NCBI GenBank assembly: GCA_963792965.1
Contig: CAWBYW010000007.1
Location: forward strand, 658,177-722,176
Length of the DNA stretch: 64,000 bases
Source of the DNA: an uncultured delta proteobacterium
Lineage (GTDB): Bacteria > Desulfobacterota > Zymogenia > Zymogenales > Zymogenaceae
Reading direction: 5' to 3'
Shown here: positions 39,501 to 51,125 of the stretch, in pieces
Position numbering within the stretch: position 1 is the first letter of the stretch
How the letters are laid out: the number at the start of each line of letters is the position of its first letter
Program-made: the position numbers and the translations under genes
The notes under the pieces: generated by a model
What the model saw: only the letters and a program-made list of their open reading frames with translations
Database searches by the model: none
Told to the model about the DNA's origin: nothing

Positions 39501-42500
39501 TTAAAGTGTAACATACTGAGACAGTCTCTGCAATACATTTCTCAGAGCGCCTAAAAGCTCGCCCTTTGCCGCCAGTTGTGCGCGATATTTGAGCGTTCCG
39601 TCCGGGGTAATCGCGAATAGATGGGGGGATTCTTTTACGAGAGCGACAATTCCCTCCGTATCGATCCGAGCCTTCTCGTGAAACGTTATCGTGACGACCC
39701 CCTTTCGATGTTTCATCCCGGTGATCGTTGCCGCACGCGCGAGCGTTTTGAGCTCCATGAGATCGATGAGGTTTTTCACCTCCATCGGCGGAGGTCCGAA
39801 CCGGTCGATGATCTCTGCAGCTATCTCCTTCAGGTACGTTGTGTTCTTGGTCCCGATCAATCGCCGATAGATGCCGAGGCGAACGTCGGAATCGGAAATA
39901 TAGTCCGAGGGAATATAGGCGGAAAGAGGTATCACGATCTCCGGATCGATCTCGACGGGGACGCTCTCTCCCTTGATCTCCAACAGCGCTTCCTCGACCA
40001 TCTCTTTATACATCTCGTAACCGACGGCATTGATGTGTCCCGATTGGTCGGCGCCAAGCAAGTTTCCCGCACCCCTGATCTCGAGGTCATATTCGGCGAT
40101 CTTGAGCCCCGAGCCGAGCTCAGTGAACTCGCTGATGACCTTGAGCCTTTTTTTTGCGTCGGCGGTCATCGAGAGCGACCCCGGCACGAGGAGATAGGCG
40201 TATGCGCGGACGGTTGAGCGGCCGACCCGTCCGCGAATCTGATAGAGCTGCGCCAGGCCGAACATATCGGCGCGGTTGATGATGATCGTATTGGCCGATG
40301 GGATGTCAAGACCCGATTCGATGATGGCGGTCGAAAGGAGCATATCGATTTTCTTGTCAACAAAGTCGAGCATCACGCGCTCCAGCTCATGCTCGTCCAT
40401 CTGGCCGTGGGCAACGCCGATCCTGACCTCGGGCACGAGGCGTTCGAGGAATTTCCTGATCGCCGGCATGCTTCTTATGCGGTTGTGGACAAAGAAGACC
40501 TGCCCGGAGCGGGATATTTCCCGCGTGATCGCTTCTTTAATCACCTCCGGGTCAAACTCCGACACGTAGGTCTTAACGGAGAGACGATTGGGCGGCGGGG
40601 TATTGATGATGGAGATGTCCCGTATGCCCATGACGGACATCGACAGGGTTCGCGGTATCGGCGTCGCGGTCATCGTCAACACATCGAGCTGCGTCTTTAT
40701 TTTGACGATCTTTTCTTTGTGGGCGACCCCGAACCGATGTTCTTCGTCGACGATAAGGAGGCCGAGGTTCGAGAAATGGATATCCTTGCTGAGGAGTCGG
40801 TGGGTCCCGATTACGATATCGACCGTGCCGGCCGCAAGTCCCTCAATGACCTCCTGCTGCTCTTTCTTGGTGAGAAACCGGGAGAGCATTCGCACCTCTA
40901 TGGGCCAGTCGCGAAATCGTTCCCTGAAAGAATTGAAATGCTGTTCGGCAAGGATCGTGGTCGGCACGATCAGCGCCACCTGCTTATGATCCATGACGGC
41001 GATGAACGCGGCCCGCATCGCTACCTCGGTCTTTCCGTAACCCACGTCGCCGGCGACCAGCCGGTCCATCGGGGTGGGGCTTGTCATATCGGCGATGATG
41101 TCTTTCACGGCGGACAGCTGATCGGGCGTCTCCTCGAACGCAAAGAGCGCCTCGAATTCCGAGAAATCGTCCCCCGGTCTTGAAAAGTGGTGCCCGGGGA
41201 GCGCCTTGCGCGCCGCGTAAAGCCGCGCGAGCTCACACGCCATGGCGAAGATCTCAACCCTCACCCTCTTCTTGGATTTTTCCCAGGCACCGCTCCCGAG
41301 CTTGTTGAGTATCGGCGGCTTGCCGTCGGCCCCACGGTAACGGTGGATGAGGGAAAGCTTATCTATCGGGATGTAGAGTCGATCATCTTCATCATACACC
41401 AGGTGGATGAAATCTCCGGTGATCCCCATCACCGTGAGATTAGCCAGGCCGATATATTTTCCGACGCCGAAGCGGGTATGCACCACGAAGTCACCGGGGA
41501 CAAGGGAATCGGTGGTATCGATGGCGTCGCCCATCTGGGGCTGCCTCGGCTTCCTTATTTTTATCTTTGTGCCGAAGATCTCTTCTTCGGTGATCACCAC
41601 AAGACCGCGCGCCGGGTCTTCGAAACCTTCCCGCAAGGCGCCGATGAGGATTTCGGCACCGGGCCCTCCGGAAACGAAGCGGGCCAGCGACTTGTCCGAT
41701 ACTTCGATATCTACCCCGTGTGCCGCAAGGAGGTTTCTCATCCGCTCTCCCTGGGCGGGCGTGATGCAGATGAAGGCGGCGCTCCCGCCCCCTTCCCGCG
41801 TCTCGGTAATCTTCTTGACGAGAGGGGAGAGAATAGTCTGGCCTTTCCTGCTCCTGTCGATTTTGGCGCGAAGCTCCCGGTGATCGGCGGAGATGGCAGT
41901 GATAAGGGTGTCCGCCGGAGAGGTGCGGATTGGGTTGAGCTCGATCATCTTCATGGCGGCCAGCGCCCGCCGTGTCTCATCGGGAGCAACGAACAGCTCC
42001 TCTGGAGGCGGCACCGTCTCCTTTCTCTCAAGCGCCCGTTCGTAGTTGCCCTGAGCCTCGATGAAGTACTTTTCGGCCTCATCCCACACGACTTCCGGCT
42101 CGTCGACGAAGACCATGCACCCCGTGGGGAGGTAGTCGAAGACTGTTTGCAGCCGGCCGTAAAACGCGCCCAATGCCCAGAGGAGGCCGGGTCCGACCCG
42201 GTAGCCCTCGAGCTCCTGGGCCGTCTCCCTGATCCGTCTGATCGGGGTGTCGATCTCGGCGCCCCGCTGTCTGACCCAGCGTATCGCCCTCTTGAGGGCG
42301 TCTTCGGTGAGGATCACTTCAGACACGGGGATGACCTCCTGCGCGGTAATCTCCCCGATGGATCGCTGCGTGAATGGATCAAAGATCCTGAGGGACTCGA
42401 TCGTATCGCCGACAAGCTCCACCCTGACGGGGTTGGACCCGTTCGGACAGAAAAGATCGAGAATCCCTCCCCTCGTCGAGAAATCGCCGGGGGTGGTCAC

Positions 42501-42994
42501 GAGGCTTGTCTGAACGTAGCCGGATTGCATGAGATGCGCGATGATCGATTCTCGAGTCCTTTCGTGGCCGACCGTGAGCATGAGACGTGACGCGATCAGG
42601 CTCGTCTTCGGCATGACCCGTGTCATGAGCGAGCCGATGGGGGAAGCCAGGACGAAACGGGGCGCTGCCCCGGCAAGCGAAAAGAGGGTGCTTATCCTTG
42701 TAATCGACGTATCCAACAGGGGGGTAAGCCGCTCGTAAGGGGCCAGACCCCAGGAGGGGAAGGCGAGCATGGTATGGCCCGAAGGGGCGTCCCGGATATA
42801 GAACTCAAGGTCCTCGCAAACCTGATCGAATCGCTTCTCGGTCGTGATGAAAAGGGCGGGAGTCTTCAGGCGAATTGACGCGTCGGCCGCGAGGTACTCG
42901 GCAGACGAGCCCGAAAGCCCGGTGACCTTCAGGCCCGTCTTTGTCCCCCCGATCTTCTCAACGGCCTGGTCTAAACTTTCTTCTCTTCTTCCAT
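39501..42994 (-). CDS. mfd: transcription-repair coupling factor (true start probably ~42994, with an indel)
   Basis: GDVGYGKT, DEEHRFG, TATPIPRT, QIRGRVGR, TRCF tail; frame open upstream of 42770 (VTGLSGSS). Confidence 0.95.
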
Positions 42995-43031
42995 AGAGGT
43001 GTGTGTGGGCAATGCGGGAGTGGGCGCGGCA

Positions 43032-44069
43032 TCAGGGGAAGAGGGGCGGTGCCGTAAGCCCGGTTGTTTCGGGGATATTCAAGAGGATATTCATGTTTTG
43101 TATCGCCTGCCCCGCGGCGCCTTTGATCAGGTTGTCGATCGCGGTGATGACGATGAGCTTTCCCGTATCGGGAAAAGAACAGACCCCGATATCGATGAAG
43201 TTGGATCCCCTCACCCATGCGGTGTCGGGGAATATCCCCTCGGGGAGAAGTCTGACGAAGGGCTCCTTCCCGTAGTGGCGGCCGAAGAGTTCCCTTATTT
43301 CCCCGGTCGCACACCTTTTCTTCGTTTCGGCATAGATCGTCGTCAGTATGCCCCGATTAATGGGGAGCAGATGTGGGGTGAAGACGACCCTGATGTTCGA
43401 TCGGGCCGCCTCGGAGAGCTTCTCCTCGATCTCCGGGCCATGGCGGTGACTGCCGACCTTATAGGCGTGGAATCCCTCGCTGATCTCGGTATAGAGCGTT
43501 GAAAGCGAAGGGCCTCTCCCCGCCCCGGAGACGCCGGACTTCGAATCGATGATGATCCTCCCGGTATCGATTGACCCTTCCCTGAGGAGGGGAACCAGGC
43601 CGAGGATGGCGCCGGTCGGATAGCAGCCCGGGTTTCCCACGATCTTCTTCTTCGCGATTGATTCCCGGTAGACCTCCGGCAGGCCGTAAGCCGCATCCGT
43701 CAGCATAGAGGGCCGTGTGTGCGCTGAATAGGCGGCCCTGTAGGTTGCTTCGCTCTTGAATCGAAAATCGGCGCTGAGGTCGACAACCGGGATGCCCGCG
43801 CGCGAGAGCTCGTATACCGCTTCCGTCGCGGCCTGATGTGGCAACGCCGTGAAGGCCCCGTCCACCCGATCCCGGATCGCCGGGTAATCGGGAGGCACGA
43901 ACGTGAGGTCACTGTACCCCGCAAGATGCGGGAAGACCTCACCAAGCCGTTTTCCCTGGTGTTCCCGCGAAGTAATGACCGAGACCGTCATATCGGGGTG
44001 CGAGGAAAGGATACGCACCAGTTCGCCTCCCGTGTAGCCGCTTGCCCCTATGATTGCGATCTTCTTCAT
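43032..44069 (-). CDS. argC: N-acetyl-gamma-glutamyl-phosphate reductase
   Basis: GASGYTG, NPGCYPT, SGVSGAGR, DNLIKGAAGQA. Confidence 0.97.
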   Translation of the reverse strand: MKKIAIIGASGYTGGELVRILSSHPDMTVSVITSREHQGKRLGEVFPHLAGYSDLTFVPPDYPAIRDRVDGAFTALPHQAATEAVYELSRAGIPVVDLSADFRFKSEATYRAAYSAHTRPSMLTDAAYGLPEVYRESIAKKKIVGNPGCYPTGAILGLVPLLREGSIDTGRIIIDSKSGVSGAGRGPSLSTLYTEISEGFHAYKVGSHRHGPEIEEKLSEAARSNIRVVFTPHLLPINRGILTTIYAETKKRCATGEIRELFGRHYGKEPFVRLLPEGIFPDTAWVRGSNFIDIGVCSFPDTGKLIVITAIDNLIKGAAGQAIQNMNILLNIPETTGLTAPPLFP

Positions 44070-44318
44070 TGGACTTCATGTAAACGGAGAGTTGGAGCAT
44101 AGTACCCGGCCCTCTCCGGTGGGTGAGGAGATGATTATCGTAAAATGGGTGAGCACCCGATAGGGATGAGACGCTCTTTGACTAAGCGATGAGCCCGCGT
44201 CGATTCGCGCATATAAGAAAACAGGCCGTCTCCTCCCCATGACGGACGGACACGGCCCTCTCTCCGTTTGCCACTGATAGCAGCTCAGACAACCCCGTGA
44301 AACGACAAGACGCGATGA

Positions 44319-44720
44319 CTACCGCTTGGAGAACTGGAACCGGGCCCGTGCACCCCTCTGTCCGTATTTCTTTCGCTCCTTAATCCGGGAGTCACGCGTG
44401 ATGAGGCCGGCCCTCTTCAGGACCTGACGGCATTCCGGGTCGTATTCAAGGAGGGCCTTACTGATCCCGTGTTTTATCGCTCCGGCCTGGCCGGCGATGC
44501 CACCCCCGGTGACATTAACGGTGATGTCGAACTTATCAAGCGTCTTGGTCAGCTCGAGGGGTTGGTATATGACCATCTTGGCCGTCTCGCGGGAGAAGTA
44601 TTCGCCGACGTCCTTGCTGTTGACCATGATTCTTCCCATACCGGGTCTCATGAAGACCCTGGCGATGGAGGTCTTGCGTTTTCCCGTCGCGTAATATGTC
44701 GTTGTCGTTTCGTTTGCCAT
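44319..44720 (-). CDS. rpsI: 30S ribosomal protein S9
   Basis: [22 protein letters not shown]...QFSKR. Confidence 0.98.
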   Translation of the reverse strand: MANETTTTYYATGKRKTSIARVFMRPGMGRIMVNSKDVGEYFSRETAKMVIYQPLELTKTLDKFDITVNVTGGGIAGQAGAIKHGISKALLEYDPECRQVLKRAGLITRDSRIKERKKYGQRGARARFQFSKR

Positions 44721-44741
44721 TGATAGGATTCCCTCTGCTTT

Positions 44742-45173
44742 TTAGTGGATGGTCAGGGTCTTCGGGTTCTGCGCCGCGTGCGGATGCTCCGGTCCCGCGT
44801 ATATCTTGAGCTTCTTGATCATTTTGCGACCGAGCCGATTCTTCGGAAGCATGCCCGTTACGGCCCTGGCGATCACCTCTTGCGGTTTCTCTTTCAGGAG
44901 TTTTTCAGCGGTGGTCTCTTTCAGCCCTCCCGGATACCCCGAGTGCCGATAATATTTCTTGTCCTTGAGCTTCTTCCCGGTCAGCTTCACCTTATCGGCG
45001 TTGATCACGATGATAAAATCACCGGTATCCATATGTGGGGCGAAGATCGGTTTGTTCTTCCCCCGAAGGACCATGGAGATCTTGGTGGCAAGCCTTCCGA
45101 GGACCTTCCCTTTCGCGTCCACAACATACCAGTTTTGAACGATATCTGATTCCTTCGCGATAAATGTCTTCAT
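44742..45173 (-). CDS. rplM: 50S ribosomal protein L13
   Basis: WYVVDA, GRLA, HSGYPGG, PHAAQ. Confidence 0.98.
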   Translation of the reverse strand: MKTFIAKESDIVQNWYVVDAKGKVLGRLATKISMVLRGKNKPIFAPHMDTGDFIIVINADKVKLTGKKLKDKKYYRHSGYPGGLKETTAEKLLKEKPQEVIARAVTGMLPKNRLGRKMIKKLKIYAGPEHPHAAQNPKTLTIH

Positions 45174-45216
45174 GGCTCTTCTCGATTCGGATATGGTGTC
45201 AATGTCAAATTCTACT

Positions 45217-45245
45217 TTTATAAAATATTTTCATGGGAATGTCAA
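45217..45245 (-). promoter_or_regulatory. sigma70 promoter for rplM-rpsI
   Basis: Minus strand TTGACA-17-TATAAA. Confidence 0.65.
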
Positions 45246-45475
45246 GCTTTTTTTGTCTCGCTTAGGCGACGTGGCCGTGAGAATAATGTGACATCAATCT
45301 CCCCTCCCGGCGTGCTGGCATCCCTTTTTAGCCGCCCTATTTTCGCCCCATCCCATCGACCGTTGCGGTACGCTTGGACTCAGCTACGTCCAATCAATCG
45401 CTAAACAAGGACCCATGTCACTTCTCACGATCCGCGCGTCCTTTCGGAAGCGGCGGCTCGGACGATGTCACCGGC

Positions 45476-46165
45476 TTATTCCTTCGAGTTCGGGCCACGC
45501 TTCTGCTTTTCGTAATACTTCGGGTAATGTTTTTTGAGACAGTCGGAGCATATGCCGTGACTGAATCTCGCGTCCGAGTGCTCTTCGATATAGCTCTCCA
45601 GCTTCAGCCAGTAACCCTCGTCCGTACGAATCTTCCTGCAATATGAACATATCGGCAACAGGCCTTTCAGTGTCTTGATCTCGGCCAGCGCTCCTCTCAG
45701 CTCCTGTGTCAGTCTCTCCCTCTCCTCTTCCACCTGGCGGTGTTCCGTCACGTCGGTCAAAACACCCACTAAACCCGCCACTGAGCCGTCCTTATCGATG
45801 AAACAAGCCTTATGGAAGATGATGTCCTGCCTTGATCCGTCGGGGTTCTTGAACGACACCTCGTAATATTGTGCCTCTCGATTCTGGATCAGCACAAGAT
45901 CGATTTCGTGGTGTGCCGCCGCGATCCTCTCGGAGTTGAGGTCATAGTCGGTCTTCCCGACTATCTCGCTCTTGGGCACTCCCGCGTATTGTGCGAATGC
46001 CTCGTTACAGAGCCGGTAGACTCCTTGTGTGTCTTTAAAGAAAACCGGGCTCGGAACCGCGTCAAACAACGCTTCCAAGAAATCTGCTCTCTCTTTAATC
46101 CGCATTTTTTCCTTCGGCTCCGCGGGAGGCGGTAGAATCTTTCCGGGAACGAGAAGGCATATCAC
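45476..46165 (-). CDS. PAS-domain protein with C-terminal LPICxxCxKIR...SHGICxxC domain (start may be ~46105)
   Basis: PAS_4 (PVFFKD, GKTD) plus Cys/His tail. Confidence 0.82.
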   Translation of the reverse strand: MICLLVPGKILPPPAEPKEKMRIKERADFLEALFDAVPSPVFFKDTQGVYRLCNEAFAQYAGVPKSEIVGKTDYDLNSERIAAAHHEIDLVLIQNREAQYYEVSFKNPDGSRQDIIFHKACFIDKDGSVAGLVGVLTDVTEHRQVEEERERLTQELRGALAEIKTLKGLLPICSYCRKIRTDEGYWLKLESYIEEHSDARFSHGICSDCLKKHYPKYYEKQKRGPNSKE

Positions 46166-46216
46166 TGTTATCGTTACATTTCCGGATCGGCGTTCCTATA
46201 TACCGCGTGGGGTTGT

Positions 46217-47836
46217 CTATATCTTTTCATCCAGCATCAGTTTCATTTCGACGGCCCTCTTCACGTCTTCACACAGCGCCACAAAATCTATCGGCTTTTC
46301 TATATAGTTAAAGGCCCCAAGCTTGACGGCCGCGATCGACGTATTCGTGTCCGCGTGTCCGGTGACGATGATCACCTGCGAGTTGGGCGATACCGTTTTA
46401 ACGTATTTGAGAATCTCTATCCCGTTTTTTTTCGGCATGACGATATCGGTTACGACGACATCGTGTCTTCTTTCCGTGAAGTGCTCTATCGCCCGCTCGC
46501 TGTCCCCCACGATGGTGATATCGGAAAATCCCTCGGTACGAAGAAATTCCTCACTGAGGCTGCAGATCTCTTTTTCATCGTCGATAATGAGGATCTTGGC
46601 GCCCAGGATGTCTTCGATAGTCCGAAAAGAGATATTTCCCTTCCTGAGGATTTGACTTAAGAGCTCTTCCTTGACCGACGCGAGCTGCTCCTTCTCTAAG
46701 TAGGCTTGCTGCCTTCTGAATATATTTTCAAGGCAGTATGAGAGTTCCTCGATGAATCCTCCGATATCGGATGCGGATCGTTCATCGTTGACGGTCCCTT
46801 TTGCCGGCTTATTGAGAAAATATGAGGCCCCCAAGAACTGCGTCTTGAGCCGGACCTGCGGATCGTCGACACCGGTGGTGATGATAACGGGAATGGTGGG
46901 GAAGTTCTGGCTGATGAAATTGAGGAGATCCATGCCGCCGTAAATATCTTTATCATCATAGAGGCCCGCCATCAAGAGATCAAGGATGATTGCCGGTGAT
47001 ATCCGGCCGGTCTCCAGCTGTTGTATCCGGTCCAGGGCGTCCTTCGCGTTGTCGTACTCTTCAACGTTGAAACTGAAATGCCGCAGGCCGTCGGCTATGA
47101 TCGTTCTCATGAGGAGCTCGTCCTCGACAACGATAACTAACTCTCGTGGCTTGAATGTGGTGAGGCTCTTGGCCACGTCCTTGAGCGTCCGGTTGATCTC
47201 TGTGTGTGGATCGGAACCCGACGCCGTCACGAAGGCGGATGTACCGAATTCCTTCTCGCCGCTAAAGAGGCCGTCGGGCTCGAAATTGATGACGTCGTCC
47301 AGAGAACCCTCGACTTTCTTGGTGAAATCATCGATGCCGATCAGGTATTTATCGGGGACGGCCGGCGGAGTCATCTCTTCGAAGCGATACACTCCGTTCC
47401 AGAACATCATGCCGAACATTACATCCTCGCTGACATCCTTAAGGATTTGGAAGAGCGTCTCTTGAGTAAGGTATCCTTCATCGATGAGAATTGATTCGAG
47501 GCGCCTGCCGGGGTTCCTTTTTTGGACCTCGGCGGCGATCTTCATTTGTTCCTCGGTAAGGACGCCTTTCCGAACCAATCGGTCGCCAAGCTTTTCCTTC
47601 AATAGCGGCGTGGAAGCCGAAACGATGTTACCCTCTCGAAAGAAGATGGTACCAAATCCTTCCCGCGATTTGATCAGGAGTTTGCCGGAAAAGAGGTCGT
47701 CACGGGTTAGCTTGAGGAGTTCAATGAAGTTCTTTTCATTAAACCTCCCCGAGCCCCTTTTTGGACGGATTATCCCTTTTTCCATCTCAAACAATCTCCC
47801 TAAAATAATTGATATGGGTGCGCTTCCCTGAGACAA
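46217..47836 (-). CDS. DUF4388/PATAN-like response regulator with two receiver domains
   Basis: SGKLLI...GTIFFREGNIV, LGDRLV, WNGVYRF; REC motifs VEDE..DLLM and IDDE..DIVMP. Confidence 0.82.
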   Translation of the reverse strand: MSQGSAPISIILGRLFEMEKGIIRPKRGSGRFNEKNFIELLKLTRDDLFSGKLLIKSREGFGTIFFREGNIVSASTPLLKEKLGDRLVRKGVLTEEQMKIAAEVQKRNPGRRLESILIDEGYLTQETLFQILKDVSEDVMFGMMFWNGVYRFEEMTPPAVPDKYLIGIDDFTKKVEGSLDDVINFEPDGLFSGEKEFGTSAFVTASGSDPHTEINRTLKDVAKSLTTFKPRELVIVVEDELLMRTIIADGLRHFSFNVEEYDNAKDALDRIQQLETGRISPAIILDLLMAGLYDDKDIYGGMDLLNFISQNFPTIPVIITTGVDDPQVRLKTQFLGASYFLNKPAKGTVNDERSASDIGGFIEELSYCLENIFRRQQAYLEKEQLASVKEELLSQILRKGNISFRTIEDILGAKILIIDDEKEICSLSEEFLRTEGFSDITIVGDSERAIEHFTERRHDVVVTDIVMPKKNGIEILKYVKTVSPNSQVIIVTGHADTNTSIAAVKLGAFNYIEKPIDFVALCEDVKRAVEMKLMLDEKI

Positions 47837-47850
47837 TCGAGATACTCTTC

Positions 47851-48849
47851 TTACCCGCTGTCTTTTAGGAACGCCTCGACCAGTCTTACGTCAAACTGTT
47901 TTTCGGATTCGTGCCTGAGATAGGATCGAATCCACTCCCTGTCCATAGGCGGACGATAGGGACGGCTGCTGCTGAGGGCGTCCCATACATCCACTACGGC
48001 AAAGATACGCGCCGAAAGCGGGATACCCTCTCCCTTCAACCCGCGCGGATAGCCGGTCCCGTCCCACTTTTCATGGTGGCAGTACGGGATGTCCAGTGAG
48101 GGCCGCAGATAAGGAATCGGGTAGAGGAGCTTATAGGCGTAGTCGGGATGTTTCTTCATCACCGCCCACTCCTCTTGGCTAAGAGGACCCGGCTTAAAAA
48201 GGATCGCGTCGGATATCCCCATCTTTCCGATATCGTGAAGCAGTGCGCCCCGCCTGATATGCTCCATCTCCCCTTCAGGGAACCCAACGGCACGGGCCAG
48301 CCGCAACGTCAACTCGGTAACCCGTCGGGAATGGCCCTGTGTTTCGGCATCTCTGAGCTCGAGGGCGCGTGCCCATCCCTCCAGGGTATCATCGTATGCC
48401 CTTTCCAGCTCCGAATGGGCCCGTTTGAGGCTCTCGCGCTCGGTGAGGAGCTCCCTGAACCGATTGAGACTCGTGATATTCTTAACCCGCGCAGAAAGCT
48501 CGGTAAGATCAAACGGCTTGGAAATAAAATCGTCGGCCCCGCTTTCGATGCCCTTGATTCGTGATTGCGCGTCTCCGAGGGCAGTGATCATAATGATAGG
48601 GATCTGGCTGAGGAGGGGCTCGGCGCGCAGCTTCCTGCAGACCTCAAAGCCGTTCATGCCCGGCATGACAACATCAAGCAGGATAAGGTCGGGGACCACT
48701 TCCCGTGCCTTTTCGTAGGCCTCCAGGCCGTTTTCGGCGAAATCGAGGCGGTATCCGCCCTCAGAAAGGAGCAGCCTCAACACCTCGCGAATATCCGGCT
48801 CATCGTCGACGATGAGGATCGTGCTTACGCGGTCGCCACTTCCATCCAT
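47851..48849 (-). CDS. REC + HD-GYP cyclic di-nucleotide phosphodiesterase
   Basis: DVVMP receiver; HDIGK, HHEKWDGTGYP, RPYR. Confidence 0.93.
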   Translation of the reverse strand: MDGSGDRVSTILIVDDEPDIREVLRLLLSEGGYRLDFAENGLEAYEKAREVVPDLILLDVVMPGMNGFEVCRKLRAEPLLSQIPIIMITALGDAQSRIKGIESGADDFISKPFDLTELSARVKNITSLNRFRELLTERESLKRAHSELERAYDDTLEGWARALELRDAETQGHSRRVTELTLRLARAVGFPEGEMEHIRRGALLHDIGKMGISDAILFKPGPLSQEEWAVMKKHPDYAYKLLYPIPYLRPSLDIPYCHHEKWDGTGYPRGLKGEGIPLSARIFAVVDVWDALSSSRPYRPPMDREWIRSYLRHESEKQFDVRLVEAFLKDSG

Positions 48850-48861
48850 CCTGCCGGCCTC

Positions 48862-50162
48862 CTACTGGGATCCCTCGAGGGACTCCCTTTTCCTGAGGGC
48901 CCTCGCGACGCTTTGGGAGAGAAGCTCAAAATCGAACGGTTTTTCAAAATAGTCGAACGCCTCCAGCCTCAGCGCCGCGATCGCCGAATCCTTTCCCGAT
49001 CTCCCGGTGATGATAATCACCTGAGACGAGGGAGAGAGTGACTTTACCTGCCGCAAAAGGTCGATACCGTGCAGCTTCGGCATGGCGATGTCGGCGATCA
49101 CGACGTGATGACTTTTCCGCTTGAAAAAGTCGAGTGCCTCCTCGCCGTCGCACGCACTGTCTATATTCGAAAACCCGTCTTGCGCAAGATATCCGACGAC
49201 GGCATCTCTGATCGCCTCATCGTCATCCACGACAAGTATAGAGGAGCGTTGCCGGTTCTCTTTTTCTCCATTCGTGCGGTCATCCGGTTTCGGGGGCTGT
49301 TTTTCGCCGGAGGGTTCGCGCATCGGCACGACGTCATTTTCACGCACGAATCGACCCGTCAGTCTTCTCTCATTCGCTTTTTGCTGAAGAACAACGTTTT
49401 CAAACTGTGTCGTCCTCCAGGAATAGCCATGAAAGTGGCTCTTAAGGCCGGAAAGAAGCGTGTAAATCCGTGCCTCCTGCTCTCCGGCGTACTCACCGAT
49501 CTCCCGGCTACTGGCACCCAGGGGAACCGGTGAGCTGAATATCTCGTGACGGCTGATTTGTTCGTCCATCCAATCAAGGAATAGAATATTGGGAACGTTA
49601 TCCGGCCACGGCTTGAGGATGGTGATGATCGAACGTGCATGATCCCTTTTCTCCCCCGCCAGCCTGACGAGCAGTTCCCTTTTCTTCGGATTACCGCATC
49701 TTCTCGCGGATTCCTCGTAAACCCTTCCCCCACGTTCGTGTAATTTAGCCAGAACCCGCAACGTATCGCGAAGGGAGACTTCTCCCGTCCACGCTCCTGC
49801 GCTCGGTACGTCTTGTTCTTTCCCGCCCTGTGCCGGCTCGGGCGGGATCCCCTCCCTCCCCCTGCCCGCACAAGCGCAATTTTCTTTTCAATCAACAGCG
49901 CACCGGAGACTACGCTCGTCCCAAAGAAAAGACCCAGCAGATCGGCCGCAATATCGTCGGAAGAGATTTCCGCGTCGAGATAGATCTCTTTTCCCACCAT
50001 CGCGGCAAAAGAAAAGACGGCGACAAATATGAGTGTCTTCCACCATTCATTGCGGTGAAGTCGCCAGTAGGGGTAGAGGATCAGTACCCACCCGAAGGGG
50101 ACAAAGAAAGCGATGAGACCGTGATAGAACACCGTCACATCGAGATATGGACTATTTCCCAT
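48862..50162 (-). CDS. membrane (VanZ/YfiM-like) + ferritin-like + receiver fusion; probable frameshift in the G-run near 49860
   Basis: TM block GKEIYLD...DIAADLLG in one frame; other frame open from ~49860 through LVRLAGEKRDH to a C-terminal REC. Confidence 0.6.
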
Positions 50163-50312
50163 CTTTTCCCGTTACTTCAGACAGGTGCGCGCCAAGGGTC
50201 TCTGCTTTCAACAAAAGAGCCCGAGAAGAGAGCGTGAAAAGTTACCGTTTGGGCCACGCATACCTTCTTGGCCCATCACCTTGTGACCGGGTGTGCCGAA
50301 TAGCCGAGCGCC

Positions 50313-51113
50313 CTATTCCCTTTCGTCGAGGAGCAACTTCTTCTCGATAGCCCTTTTCGTGATCCGCGCCAGGGCGTCAAGTTCAAAGGGCTTTTCAATG
50401 TAGTCATATGCTCCAAGCTTCACCGCGCTGATTGCGGTATCTTTGGACGCGTTGGCGGTGATGATGATCACCTGGGAGTTTGCCGAGACGGCCTTCACGT
50501 GACGCAGGACTTCCATGCCGCTCTTTTTCGGCATCACGATGTCGATAACCACCAGATCGTGTTTTTGCTTGTTGAATTTCGTGATCGCCTCTTCTCCGTC
50601 CCCGGCGGTGTCTATCTGTGTGAATCCCTCCTCTCTGAGACATTCACCGATTAGATTGAGTATCTCGTTTTCATCGTCGGCGATGAGGATATTGGCGCCG
50701 TAAAGTTTTCTCGTATCGAGATCGTGTGGATTCTCATAGATGAATTCGAGGGGACCCTTGATCACCTCGAAGGACTTGTTAATCTCCTCGATATCTTCTA
50801 TCGTAAAGGGCTTCCTGAGGCAGACGTATACGCCCTCTTTCAGAGGGGCGTTAAGCATTCTCTCGACGGCGTTTCCCGAGATCATGACCGCGGGGACTTT
50901 TGGATCGATCTCTCGAATCTTCTTGAGCGTCTCAAAGCCGTCTATCCCCGGCATGGCAACGTCAATATAGGCGAGGTTTACATCGTGCTCCCTGACGTAG
51001 TCCACGGCGTCATAACCGCTGGGAACCGTAACGACCGTGTGACCCAACTCCGTCAGAACCTCCTCGAGATATTTCCTGATGCCCGGCTCGTCGTCAACGA
51101 CCAAGATCTTCAT
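50313..51113 (-). CDS. tandem two-receiver-domain protein
   Basis: VDDE..DVAMP..KPF and ADDE..DIVMP..KPF. Confidence 0.9.
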   Translation of the reverse strand: MKILVVDDEPGIRKYLEEVLTELGHTVVTVPSGYDAVDYVREHDVNLAYIDVAMPGIDGFETLKKIREIDPKVPAVMISGNAVERMLNAPLKEGVYVCLRKPFTIEDIEEINKSFEVIKGPLEFIYENPHDLDTRKLYGANILIADDENEILNLIGECLREEGFTQIDTAGDGEEAITKFNKQKHDLVVIDIVMPKKSGMEVLRHVKAVSANSQVIIITANASKDTAISAVKLGAYDYIEKPFELDALARITKRAIEKKLLLDERE

Positions 51114-51125
51114 AGCTTCCCCCTT

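Noticed and set aside
44070-44318. tRNA or attenuator between rpsI and argC
   Set aside because: No cloverleaf or T-loop motif; only a 10-bp distant inverted repeat (aaacggagag/ctctccgttt).
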